From: a virus
Taxonomy: Duplodnaviria > Caudoviricetes
IMG/VR virus record: IMGVR_UViG_3300048848_000291
Coordinates: 1 to 42,403 of that record
Length of the DNA: 42,403 nt
Strand: one strand, 5' to 3'
The notes beneath the pieces are model-generated. The model was given only the letters and a program-made list of their open reading frames with translations. It had not been told where the DNA came from and did not search any database. The translations under genes and the position numbers were made by a program. Below, in pieces: positions 35,636-42,403 of this stretch; the stretch's first letter is position 1; the number at the start of each line of letters is the position of its first letter.

Positions 35636-35692
35636 AACCATATAGCCATATCGGATATAGATTTGCAAGGCGCCCTGAGCCATAAAGGCTAT
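35636..35692. promoter_or_regulatory. Divergent PR/PRM-like promoters with two operators
   Basis: Minus: TTGCAA-N17-CTATAT. Plus: TAGATT-N17-CATAAA. ATAGC-N7-GCTAT variants at 35642 and 35676. Confidence 0.7.
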
Positions 35693-36325
35693 ATGACAAA
35701 AAGTTCTGCTTCAGATAATCGCATCGCCGAGGTTCGCAAGGCGCGAAAGCTCACTCAGCAGCAGCTTGCTGACCTTGTAGGGGTGCATTGGATAACTATC
35801 AGCAAGATTGAACGAGGCGTCATGCAGTTGACGCTTGACTGGGCGGAGAAATTGTCCGCCGCCCTGAATGCTGATGTCGGTGATCTCTTCGTACGCAATG
35901 CTACGCGAGAGATTCGGGTCATGGGCATCGTCAAATCATCTGCCGGTGTAGCAATAACAGAAGAGGCGAGCCTAACTGTCCACGTCAACCGCACGCCTTT
36001 TTTAGACACTCTTGGATTTTGGCTCAGACTCGCTGACAAGTCATTGGAGCCCTATTTCTGCGAGGGAGACCTACTGAAGCTCGGCGAAATGACGAAACCT
36101 AACAGTGATGGCGGGTACGTAGAATATTACGGCGACCGCCGTATCGCACTCATCATTGCTGACGATGATACTAAATATTTTGGTACTTTCTCGACAAAGC
36201 ACGATGATGGCAGCGTTGACTTTCGGCTACTGAATGGCCGGTTGATTGAGAAGCAGAGGCACGCCAAATTTCTCGTCGTAACTGAGTACGTTCCAGAGTG
36301 GGCATTTTCCGACATAGCGACTTAG
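35693..36325 (+). CDS. cI: CI-like repressor (XRE HTH plus degenerate S24 domain)
   Basis: LTQQQLADLVGVHWITISKIERG; DKSLEP...EGD. Confidence 0.88.
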   Translation: MTKSSASDNRIAEVRKARKLTQQQLADLVGVHWITISKIERGVMQLTLDWAEKLSAALNADVGDLFVRNATREIRVMGIVKSSAGVAITEEASLTVHVNRTPFLDTLGFWLRLADKSLEPYFCEGDLLKLGEMTKPNSDGGYVEYYGDRRIALIIADDDTKYFGTFSTKHDDGSVDFRLLNGRLIEKQRHAKFLVVTEYVPEWAFSDIAT

Positions 36326-36368
36326 GCTATAATTCCTCTTGACCGGATAATAGCAGATGTGGCTATAT
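36314..36368 (+). promoter_or_regulatory. PL-like promoter with two perfect operators
   Basis: ATAGC-N7-GCTAT at 36314-36330 and 36350-36366; TTGACC-N18-CTATAT. Confidence 0.75.
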
Positions 36369-36390
36369 AGCTCCAACAACGGAGCTGAAG

Positions 36391-37209
36391 ATGCAGTTGA
36401 ACGCAGACCCCGCCCAGACTAACTTTCTCGCCGCCCTTCCCGACCCCGGCGACTTGCCTGTCCTCGACTGGCTACCGGTCGAAGCGATCGGCATCGAACC
36501 CTTATACCAGCGCCCGATCGACGCGAACCGCGTTGACGCCATCGTCAAGCAGTTCTCTTGGCGCTCGTTTGGCGCTCTGGTCGTGGTGCCGCATGCAGAC
36601 GGACGGTACAACGTCACGGACGGCCAGCACCGCCTCGAGGCGGCTAGGCTGCACCCGAAGGTGACATATGTCCCGGCCGTCATCGTCAAGGCCGTCGACG
36701 TACAGGCCGAGGCCGGCATCTTCGTCGAGATCAACAAGAACCGGAAGAACGTCAACGCGCTCGATCTGTTCTTCGCGCAGCTCGCGGCCGGCGATGACGA
36801 CGCAGCGACAATCCAGCAGATTTGCCAGCGCGCAGGTGTTCGGATCCCAAAATACCCGGGCGACTATAAGCCAGGCGATACGATTTCGATCTCCGCCATT
36901 CAGGCGGTCGTCGGACGCCGCGGCGCGATGCGGGCGCGGCAGTATCTTGAGGTATTGGCGCAGGCCCAGTTCGCACCCATCACGGCAAACCAGATCAAGG
37001 CTGTCGAGTACGTCCTTAACGACGAGGAATTCCACCGATCGGTAACGATCGAGGCCGTGGCTGAAACGCTGAAGGCAACGGCGGGAACGCTCGACGTCGA
37101 GGCCAAGCGGTTTGCCGCCGCTCATTCGGTGCCCGTATGGCAGGGGCTGGCGAACGTCCTGTTTCAGAAAACGAAGAAAAGCCGCCCAGCGGCTGGGAGG
37201 ACCGCATGA
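36391..37209 (+). CDS. ParB-like (DUF6551-type) protein
   Basis: YQRP...FSWRSFGALVV...DGQHRLEAA...FVEIN. Confidence 0.85.
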   Translation: MQLNADPAQTNFLAALPDPGDLPVLDWLPVEAIGIEPLYQRPIDANRVDAIVKQFSWRSFGALVVVPHADGRYNVTDGQHRLEAARLHPKVTYVPAVIVKAVDVQAEAGIFVEINKNRKNVNALDLFFAQLAAGDDDAATIQQICQRAGVRIPKYPGDYKPGDTISISAIQAVVGRRGAMRARQYLEVLAQAQFAPITANQIKAVEYVLNDEEFHRSVTIEAVAETLKATAGTLDVEAKRFAAAHSVPVWQGLANVLFQKTKKSRPAAGRTA

Positions 37210-37931
37210 ACATGATGAGCCAACCGGCTGTCACAATGTCGAGCCGCGAAATCGCGGAACTGACCGGCAAAGAGCACAAGAATGTAAAGCGCGACATCGA
37301 GAAGACGCTCAGCGAGCTTGACGAAGATACGCTCAAATTTGAGCGCATCTATCGGGACAGCATGAACCGCGAGCAAACCGAATACGTCCTTGATCGCGAC
37401 CACACGGAAACGGTCTTGCTCAGCTACAGCGCCGAGCTTCGGCTTCGAGTTGTTCGCCGGCTCCGGGAGCTAGAGGCTGGAGCCAACCGTCCGCTGACGA
37501 CGACCGAAACCCTGATCCAGATGCTGACGCTACAGGCCGAGGTCGAGCGTCGGCAGATGCTGCAACAGCAGGCACTTGACGCAATGGATGTGCGAGTCGC
37601 CCGCGTCGAAGATACGTCGTCCCTGACTTCAAAACCGCAGAACACTGAAACGCTGTCCGATGTCCGGGTTCGCATCAATCGCAAGTACAGCTTGCCGCCC
37701 AGGATCGTCGATTTCGTGTTGATGAAAGTCACTTATCACATTCGGCCATTCGGTATGGTCAAAAACAGCCATGAAGACGCGCAGGGCAGCAGCTTCGCCG
37801 TTTATCACAGCATCGACGTCACGAAGCTCTTCAAGCGGTTTGCGACGGAATGCAAGCAGGTAACCGCCACGATGGCGACCCACACTGAGATCGAAGGCCG
37901 CTTTAAGTTACTCCCGAAAGATGTTCCGTGA
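37206..37931 (+). CDS. rha: Rha-family phage regulatory protein
   Basis: MSSREIAELTGKEHKNVKRDIE...YRDSMNR...YSAELR. Confidence 0.85.
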   Translation: MNMMSQPAVTMSSREIAELTGKEHKNVKRDIEKTLSELDEDTLKFERIYRDSMNREQTEYVLDRDHTETVLLSYSAELRLRVVRRLRELEAGANRPLTTTETLIQMLTLQAEVERRQMLQQQALDAMDVRVARVEDTSSLTSKPQNTETLSDVRVRINRKYSLPPRIVDFVLMKVTYHIRPFGMVKNSHEDAQGSSFAVYHSIDVTKLFKRFATECKQVTATMATHTEIEGRFKLLPKDVP

Positions 37932-37935
37932 TGTA

Positions 37936-38436
37936 TCAAGCGTTCTCGCCAGAGCGTTTATCTTTTTTGCGCTCCCGACTTTCCTTCAAGCCACTCGCGA
38001 AGTTAACAAAAGTGTTGATCTGCTTCTGGGACGATCCCAGCGCCTTCAGTCGCTTAGCAATTTCCTTCGCCGTATCAATGCCCTCTTTTGAGGTAGGGGC
38101 AGTTCGGAGAACCATACTCTCCATCATCGCCGTTCCTGCGAGCGCGTACACTTCCCTCAAGAAGGCCTGCCCAACATCAAACACCTCGATATGTGATAAC
38201 TCGGTATCCTTGCTTCCCATGCGTCGGACCATTTCCTGCTCTTTGTCCAGCCCATCCATGATGACCTTGAGCAGTTCGCCTTCTCGCTTTTCAGCAGTCA
38301 TGCCAAGATGGCAAAGGCGCCGGATCGCTTCTCCACGCGATTTCAAGCGGTTGCGGAACATCCACTCGTCTATAGCCTCCAGCTCGCTTGGAGACATCAT
38401 CGTCACTACACGCTGGTCTTTGAGTTCGTCCGCCAA
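37936..38436 (-). CDS. Ribbon-helix-helix regulator with C-terminal extension
   Basis: QRVVTMMSPSELEAIDEWMFRNRLKSRGEAIRRL. Confidence 0.8.
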   Translation of the reverse strand: MADELKDQRVVTMMSPSELEAIDEWMFRNRLKSRGEAIRRLCHLGMTAEKREGELLKVIMDGLDKEQEMVRRMGSKDTELSHIEVFDVGQAFLREVYALAGTAMMESMVLRTAPTSKEGIDTAKEIAKRLKALGSSQKQINTFVNFASGLKESRERKKDKRSGENA

Positions 38437-38450
38437 AACATGCCCCTATG

Positions 38451-38553
38451 GAAAAGTTGGTAAACTTTACAAAGACTGGATTGACACACTCAAACTACGA
38501 GATCAATATGGCAAACATGGTAAACATGACAAACTCTGGTGATGGTAAACAAG
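38451..38553 (+). promoter_or_regulatory. Promoter flanked by 9-bp tandem operator repeats
   Basis: TTGACA-N17-CAATAT; GTAAAC/GCAAAC/ACAAAC units at 9-bp spacing. Confidence 0.7.
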
Positions 38554-38555
38554 CG

Positions 38556-38723
38556 ATGAAGCCTCAGCGCACGAACCGGTTTGTGGTCATGCTGACCGAC
38601 CAAGAAGTTCAGTCTATCGAAGATCACCGCTTCGCGAACCGCATCGGAACAGCATCCGAGGCAGCGCGCAGCTTGATTAGAGATGGGTTGAAACGGGAAA
38701 TGCCGGCTCAGGCCGGAGAATAG
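38556..38723 (+). CDS. Small ribbon-helix-helix regulator (55 aa)
   Basis: RFVVMLTDQEVQSIEDHRFANRIGTASEAARSLIRDGL. Confidence 0.8.
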   Translation: MKPQRTNRFVVMLTDQEVQSIEDHRFANRIGTASEAARSLIRDGLKREMPAQAGE

Positions 38724-38726
38724 CAG

Positions 38727-38768
38727 CAGGCCGGGACTCGGCGTCCAAACTTTGTCCCGGACCTGCTA
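38727..38768 (+). other. Long hairpin in the early leader
   Basis: AGCAGG-CCGGGAC...GTCCCGG-A-CCTGCT; no U tract. Confidence 0.45.
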
Positions 38769-38794
38769 AGCCCATCAACACAAGGAATGTCAAA

Positions 38795-39097
38795 ATGGAC
38801 AAGCAGTCCAATAGCACACCTGCGTTCGTTCCGCTAGGCGAACTGACCGAGAACATCGTCAATGGCTTGGCCGCCCGCAAAGCTGTTGCCCGTACAATCG
38901 GCGATCTGATCAAGGCCGAGGCCATCATACATACAGTGTGGCTGGCAATGAGCAGCTCGTCATTCGATAGCGACGACTGCAATGCCGTCCTCAATACTCT
39001 CTCAGAGGCTTGGGAGACCCTGAAAGGAGTGAAGGGTCAGGTCGAGGAGTTCAATGTCGACGAACTTCGCGCCGAAATCGCTCGGAGGACTGCGTAA
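38795..39097 (+). CDS. Hypothetical phage protein
   Basis: 100 aa, AAGGA RBS. Confidence 0.7.
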   Translation: MDKQSNSTPAFVPLGELTENIVNGLAARKAVARTIGDLIKAEAIIHTVWLAMSSSSFDSDDCNAVLNTLSEAWETLKGVKGQVEEFNVDELRAEIARRTA

Positions 39098-39693
39098 TGA
39101 CCAGTACCCTTGAAACAATGATTGCCAGCTATGAAGAAGCTTATCGCAAGGACCAGATACTCTGGCGAATCCTCTGCGAGCTCGAAAATCTCCCGACAAT
39201 GCAGGATAAGCCTGCGCAGCGTGTCCAAGTCAGCCGATACATTTTTGGGAAAGATGACGAAGGCAACGACAGATCCACGCCGATTTTTGCTTACAGCGAG
39301 AACGATATCAGGGAGGAAGCGACCCGTAACTTTAACGCTGGCATCGGCGTCTTCTGCAATCCCCGAGACGCTGAGAAGGTGGCGGCGCGCCGAGCGAAAT
39401 GGGACTCGTGGGCAGAAGGCAAGATCGCGGAGCTGTCAGCTATCGAAGCCGAATGCAAAACCGTTGAGGACGCATGCGGGTATACCGAGGCCCTGAGCGC
39501 GGCAAGGGCCTCGTCCGAACGAGTTCGCGGTATCGAGAACGCCATCCTAGAACAGGTACCCACGACCCTCGCAGAGGCGGCGCTAAAGGCTAGATGGATC
39601 GTCCAGGGAATGACGGCAAGCCGCGCCTACTTCAATGATCGTGAGGATTTTGACGAGGTCGCTTTTGCCGCGATCGGGAGGGCTGCATCATGA
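39097..39693 (+). CDS. Hypothetical helical phage protein
   Basis: TAATG coupling; PTTLAEAALKARW motif. Confidence 0.7.
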   Translation: MTSTLETMIASYEEAYRKDQILWRILCELENLPTMQDKPAQRVQVSRYIFGKDDEGNDRSTPIFAYSENDIREEATRNFNAGIGVFCNPRDAEKVAARRAKWDSWAEGKIAELSAIEAECKTVEDACGYTEALSAARASSERVRGIENAILEQVPTTLAEAALKARWIVQGMTASRAYFNDREDFDEVAFAAIGRAAS

Positions 39694-39959
39694 CCAAAAA
39701 CAGTGTCACGGAATTTGACCCATCGGACATCTACTATGAACTCGATGATCTCGCGCAGGCTTTGGAAGCAATCAAACTGATCGTTGGAGAGATGAGCTTC
39801 GCTACAGCCGACGGCGGCCGAAACTATGACCTCGATCGTGTCTATGCGCTGATCAAGATATCTCATCGCGAGGCATCCCGCCTTCACCGCGAAACTCAGG
39901 TCTTCGATAAATCCGGAACGTGGAAGTACGTCCCCCGCACTGGGGGCGCAGGCGCATGA
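39690..39959 (+). CDS. Hypothetical phage protein
   Basis: ATGA coupling, 89 aa. Confidence 0.7.
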   Translation: MTKNSVTEFDPSDIYYELDDLAQALEAIKLIVGEMSFATADGGRNYDLDRVYALIKISHREASRLHRETQVFDKSGTWKYVPRTGGAGA

Positions 39960-40171
39960 CAACAATTTCAGTCAATAGCAACCAGATTATCGACATTGCC
40001 GATATCTTGAGCAACGTTCGCGCGCTTAACCACGCTGTCCTTATGGCCGCAAGTGGAGACGGCGTTTCTAGGGAGGCTGCCGACGCCATCCAGTCTGTCT
40101 GCGACGAAATCAACAACAAGCTTCTTGTTGTTCGCGATCGCGTCGAAGACATGGTGGAGGCAAGCCAGTGA
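39956..40171 (+). CDS. Hypothetical phage protein
   Basis: ATGA coupling, 71 aa. Confidence 0.65.
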   Translation: MTTISVNSNQIIDIADILSNVRALNHAVLMAASGDGVSREAADAIQSVCDEINNKLLVVRDRVEDMVEASQ

Positions 40172-40344
40172 GAAGCCCTGCCATCTACAATTTCCGCCGC
40201 GCTGAGCTAGAACGCTGGATCGATCGAGCCCTCGAACTGGTCGACCAGATCGACGGCGACCCTGATCTTGAAGACAACGAGATCGAGTTCATCCCAGAGT
40301 TTGCGCCGGCACCGGCCAGACCAAAACGGAGGGCCGCAGCATGA
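40168..40344 (+). CDS. Acidic 58-aa phage protein (absent from the ORF track)
   Basis: GTGA and ATGA overlaps on both sides, GGAGG RBS; LELVDQIDGDPDLED. Confidence 0.7.
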   Translation: MRSPAIYNFRRAELERWIDRALELVDQIDGDPDLEDNEIEFIPEFAPAPARPKRRAAA

Positions 40345-40814
40345 GCAAGTCACTCGACGAAGCCCTTCCAGACGATGAACTCGATTATGAGTGCTCGCCG
40401 GAAAATCGCGAGATCAGCGAGTGGGAACAGGAGGCTCGCGCACTGGCCGTCAACGACCCGTCGATGATCCGGGAAGCGATCACGTTACATCAGCTACTTC
40501 TCGACGATGAGACAAAACTGTACGACGCGGAGGGCAACCGCCTTGCCGATCAGGCTGCCTGCGATGCAGCCGCCGAACGTGAGATCAAAGCATTTCGCAT
40601 TCTCGCCCGCATGCCTTGCATGACGCCCGAAGAGTCCCAGCTCAAGCTAGCCTATTTCATGGAGGCAGCAGGCGAGAAGTGGTTCAACAGCATCGAGAAG
40701 CTGACCTGGGAAGCCTACATCGACGACAAGGACAAGGGGAACGGTGACAGCGACCAGGACAAGATTTTCCTGCGGACGCTCTACGTCAACGGAGGGCTGC
40801 CCGATGCTGAGTAG
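40341..40814 (+). CDS. Hypothetical helical phage protein
   Basis: 157 aa, GGAGG RBS; PCMTPEESQLKLAY. Confidence 0.7.
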   Translation: MSKSLDEALPDDELDYECSPENREISEWEQEARALAVNDPSMIREAITLHQLLLDDETKLYDAEGNRLADQAACDAAAEREIKAFRILARMPCMTPEESQLKLAYFMEAAGEKWFNSIEKLTWEAYIDDKDKGNGDSDQDKIFLRTLYVNGGLPDAE

Positions 40815-41130
40815 CCTTTGCGCAGCCCATCCCGTTGCGGCCGACCGCCACCGGCGGATGATCGCGGTCACCGACAGCTTATCGTGGGATGACCCCGCGC
40901 AAGAGGCTGCGTGGGAAAACCAAATGAAGGCGAACGACGAGGAGTTTGCAATCCTTGACCACATCGTATCTTGGCGCCCAGCCACGACCAGCGAGGCTGA
41001 TCTGAAGGTGCTATTCTTGCTCAACTGGAGCAAGGAATACTTCACGAGTTCGCTCGACCGCCACGCCTTCGAACTGCTTCTGTTATCCACAGTGCCCCCT
41101 GTGGATAAGTTGAATAACGGGGATAACTGA
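40804..41130 (+). CDS. Hypothetical helical phage protein
   Basis: GGAGG RBS; PATTSEADLKVLF. Confidence 0.65.
   Translation: MLSSLCAAHPVAADRHRRMIAVTDSLSWDDPAQEAAWENQMKANDEEFAILDHIVSWRPATTSEADLKVLFLLNWSKEYFTSSLDRHAFELLLLSTVPPVDKLNNGDN
41083..41126. promoter_or_regulatory. DnaA-box cluster
   Basis: TTATCCACA (41083), TGTGGATAA (41100), GTTGAATAA (41109), CGGGGATAA (41118). Confidence 0.7.
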
Positions 41131-41133
41131 GCC

Positions 41134-41304
41134 ATGTCAGCCCCTGCCCTAATCAGAAAACAAGACATGCGTCGGGCGGCAGAAGTCGCCCAAGCAACTG
41201 GTTGTCGTGTGGAAATACGGATCGGCGATGCTGTCGTGACCGTGTTCCCCGAACAGAAGAATTCGAAGGATGCTGGAATTGACTACTCGCGCCCCAGCCT
41301 GTGA
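41134..41304 (+). CDS. Putative excisionase / recombination directionality factor (56 aa)
   Basis: MSAPALIRKQDMRRAAEVA...RVEI; directly upstream of the integrase; function inferred from position. Confidence 0.55.
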   Translation: MSAPALIRKQDMRRAAEVAQATGCRVEIRIGDAVVTVFPEQKNSKDAGIDYSRPSL

Positions 41305-41314
41305 AGACTCGGGG

Positions 41315-42403
41315 ATGCCCAGAAAACTTCCCCTGCACGTTCACAAGCAACTGACCCGCCATAAAAAGTGGGTCTTTTATTTTCGCGTAGGGAAGGGAAA
41401 GCGGATTCGGCTGCCAAACCCCAGCGAGCCGCTATTCAAAACAGCTTACATGGCGGCGCTGACTGGTAGCCCAATCGACGCGCCGAAGGTTTACGAGGGA
41501 ACCTTAGGATGGCTATGGGACCGTTACACGAGCGAGAGTGCCAAGTGGGCGGGGTATAGCCCTGCTACGCAAAAACAGCAGCGTCTGATTATGGCGAAGG
41601 TCCTAGACAAGAACTCGCGGCACTCGCTTGCAGCCTTCACACAAGACGTCATTCAGGAGGGTGTCGACAAGCGTCACGAGACGCCAGCTCTCGCCGGCAA
41701 CTTCCTTAAGGTGATGAGGGGAATGTTTGGCTGGGCCCGACGAATGCGGCTTGTCGCCACGGACCCGACCATCGACATCGTCCTGCCAACCTATAGGACA
41801 GACGGCCACCCGCCGTGGACCGTCGACGACGTGCGAGCATTTAGGACTCGGCATCCCGTAGGCACTGCTGAACGGCTAGCAATGGAGTTGATGCTGCTGG
41901 CCGGCCTTCGCCGCGCCGACGTGTCCGTGGTCGGACGGCAGCATATTCAGGGCCGTCTATTGTCGATCGATACTGACAAGACCGGGGCAAGGGTTACGAT
42001 TGAGCTTTCCGACGATCTGCTCCATGTCATCGACGCAACTCCACGTCGCGGCCTGCACCTCGTTGAGACAAGTCACGGGAAGGCCTTCACCCGCGCAGGA
42101 TTTGGAAACTGGTTCAGAGACAGGTGCGACGAAGCTGGCGTCAAGAAGTCGTCGCACGGCCTTCGGAAGCTCTCTGCCACACTCGCCGCAGAAGGAGGCG
42201 CTGGCAGTCATCAGCTTATGGCGCAGTACGGGTGGACCAAGATCTCGACTGCCGAGATCTACACAAAAGGCGTCGACCGAAAGAGGCTCGGCATCGAGGC
42301 CAGTCGGATCGTCGCAGACCAGATCGGGAACATCGAAATCCCTCACCCTATTTCAGGTGAGGGAATGAAAACGAAAAAGACAGCAAAAACAGACACGACT
42401 TGA
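41315..42403 (+). CDS. int: Tyrosine recombinase (integrase)
   Basis: Catalytic set GLRRAD, DKTG, HGLRK, YGW, EIYT; N-terminal arm-binding-like segment. Confidence 0.96.
   Translation: MPRKLPLHVHKQLTRHKKWVFYFRVGKGKRIRLPNPSEPLFKTAYMAALTGSPIDAPKVYEGTLGWLWDRYTSESAKWAGYSPATQKQQRLIMAKVLDKNSRHSLAAFTQDVIQEGVDKRHETPALAGNFLKVMRGMFGWARRMRLVATDPTIDIVLPTYRTDGHPPWTVDDVRAFRTRHPVGTAERLAMELMLLAGLRRADVSVVGRQHIQGRLLSIDTDKTGARVTIELSDDLLHVIDATPRRGLHLVETSHGKAFTRAGFGNWFRDRCDEAGVKKSSHGLRKLSATLAAEGGAGSHQLMAQYGWTKISTAEIYTKGVDRKRLGIEASRIVADQIGNIEIPHPISGEGMKTKKTAKTDTT

Larger units (their letters stand above)
1769..42403. mobile_element. Temperate HK97-like siphovirus prophage; left boundary uncertain, and cargo at 1-1655 may belong to it
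   Basis: Ordered lysis, tail, head, packaging, replication, immunity and integrase modules; no att repeats seen. Confidence 0.95.

Noticed and set aside
1-42403. CRISPR array and attL/attR direct repeats
   Set aside because: No regularly spaced repeats; no matching repeats seen at the ends, which appear cut by the window

Overview
The window is a nearly complete temperate HK97-like siphoviral prophage, probably from a Rhizobiaceae-type alphaproteobacterium (inferred from gene families and the alpha-type initiator tRNA). From right to left it holds: tyrosine integrase and a putative excisionase; an early operon (ParB-like, Rha, a divergent ribbon-helix-helix pair, helical paralogs); a cI/cro switch with palindromic operators; a DUF1376 initiator and DnaB; a late regulator; a cargo-rich late leader; HNH, cos, terminase, protease-capsid fusion and portal; head-tail and tail genes with a -1 frameshifted chaperone; a lysis cassette; and left-end cargo. 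The most notable items are an Acb2-like nucleotide-sponge anti-defence gene, a DnaA-box cluster just upstream of xis-int, a candidate RosmerTA-like toxin-antitoxin module cut by the left edge, a tandem pair of two-hairpin sRNA-like elements beside a 28-aa peptide gene, and immunity-type genes with no toxin partner around an atypical tRNA-fMet and a truncated tRNA-Met. No att direct repeats were found. All family calls come from recognising motifs by eye; no searches were run.
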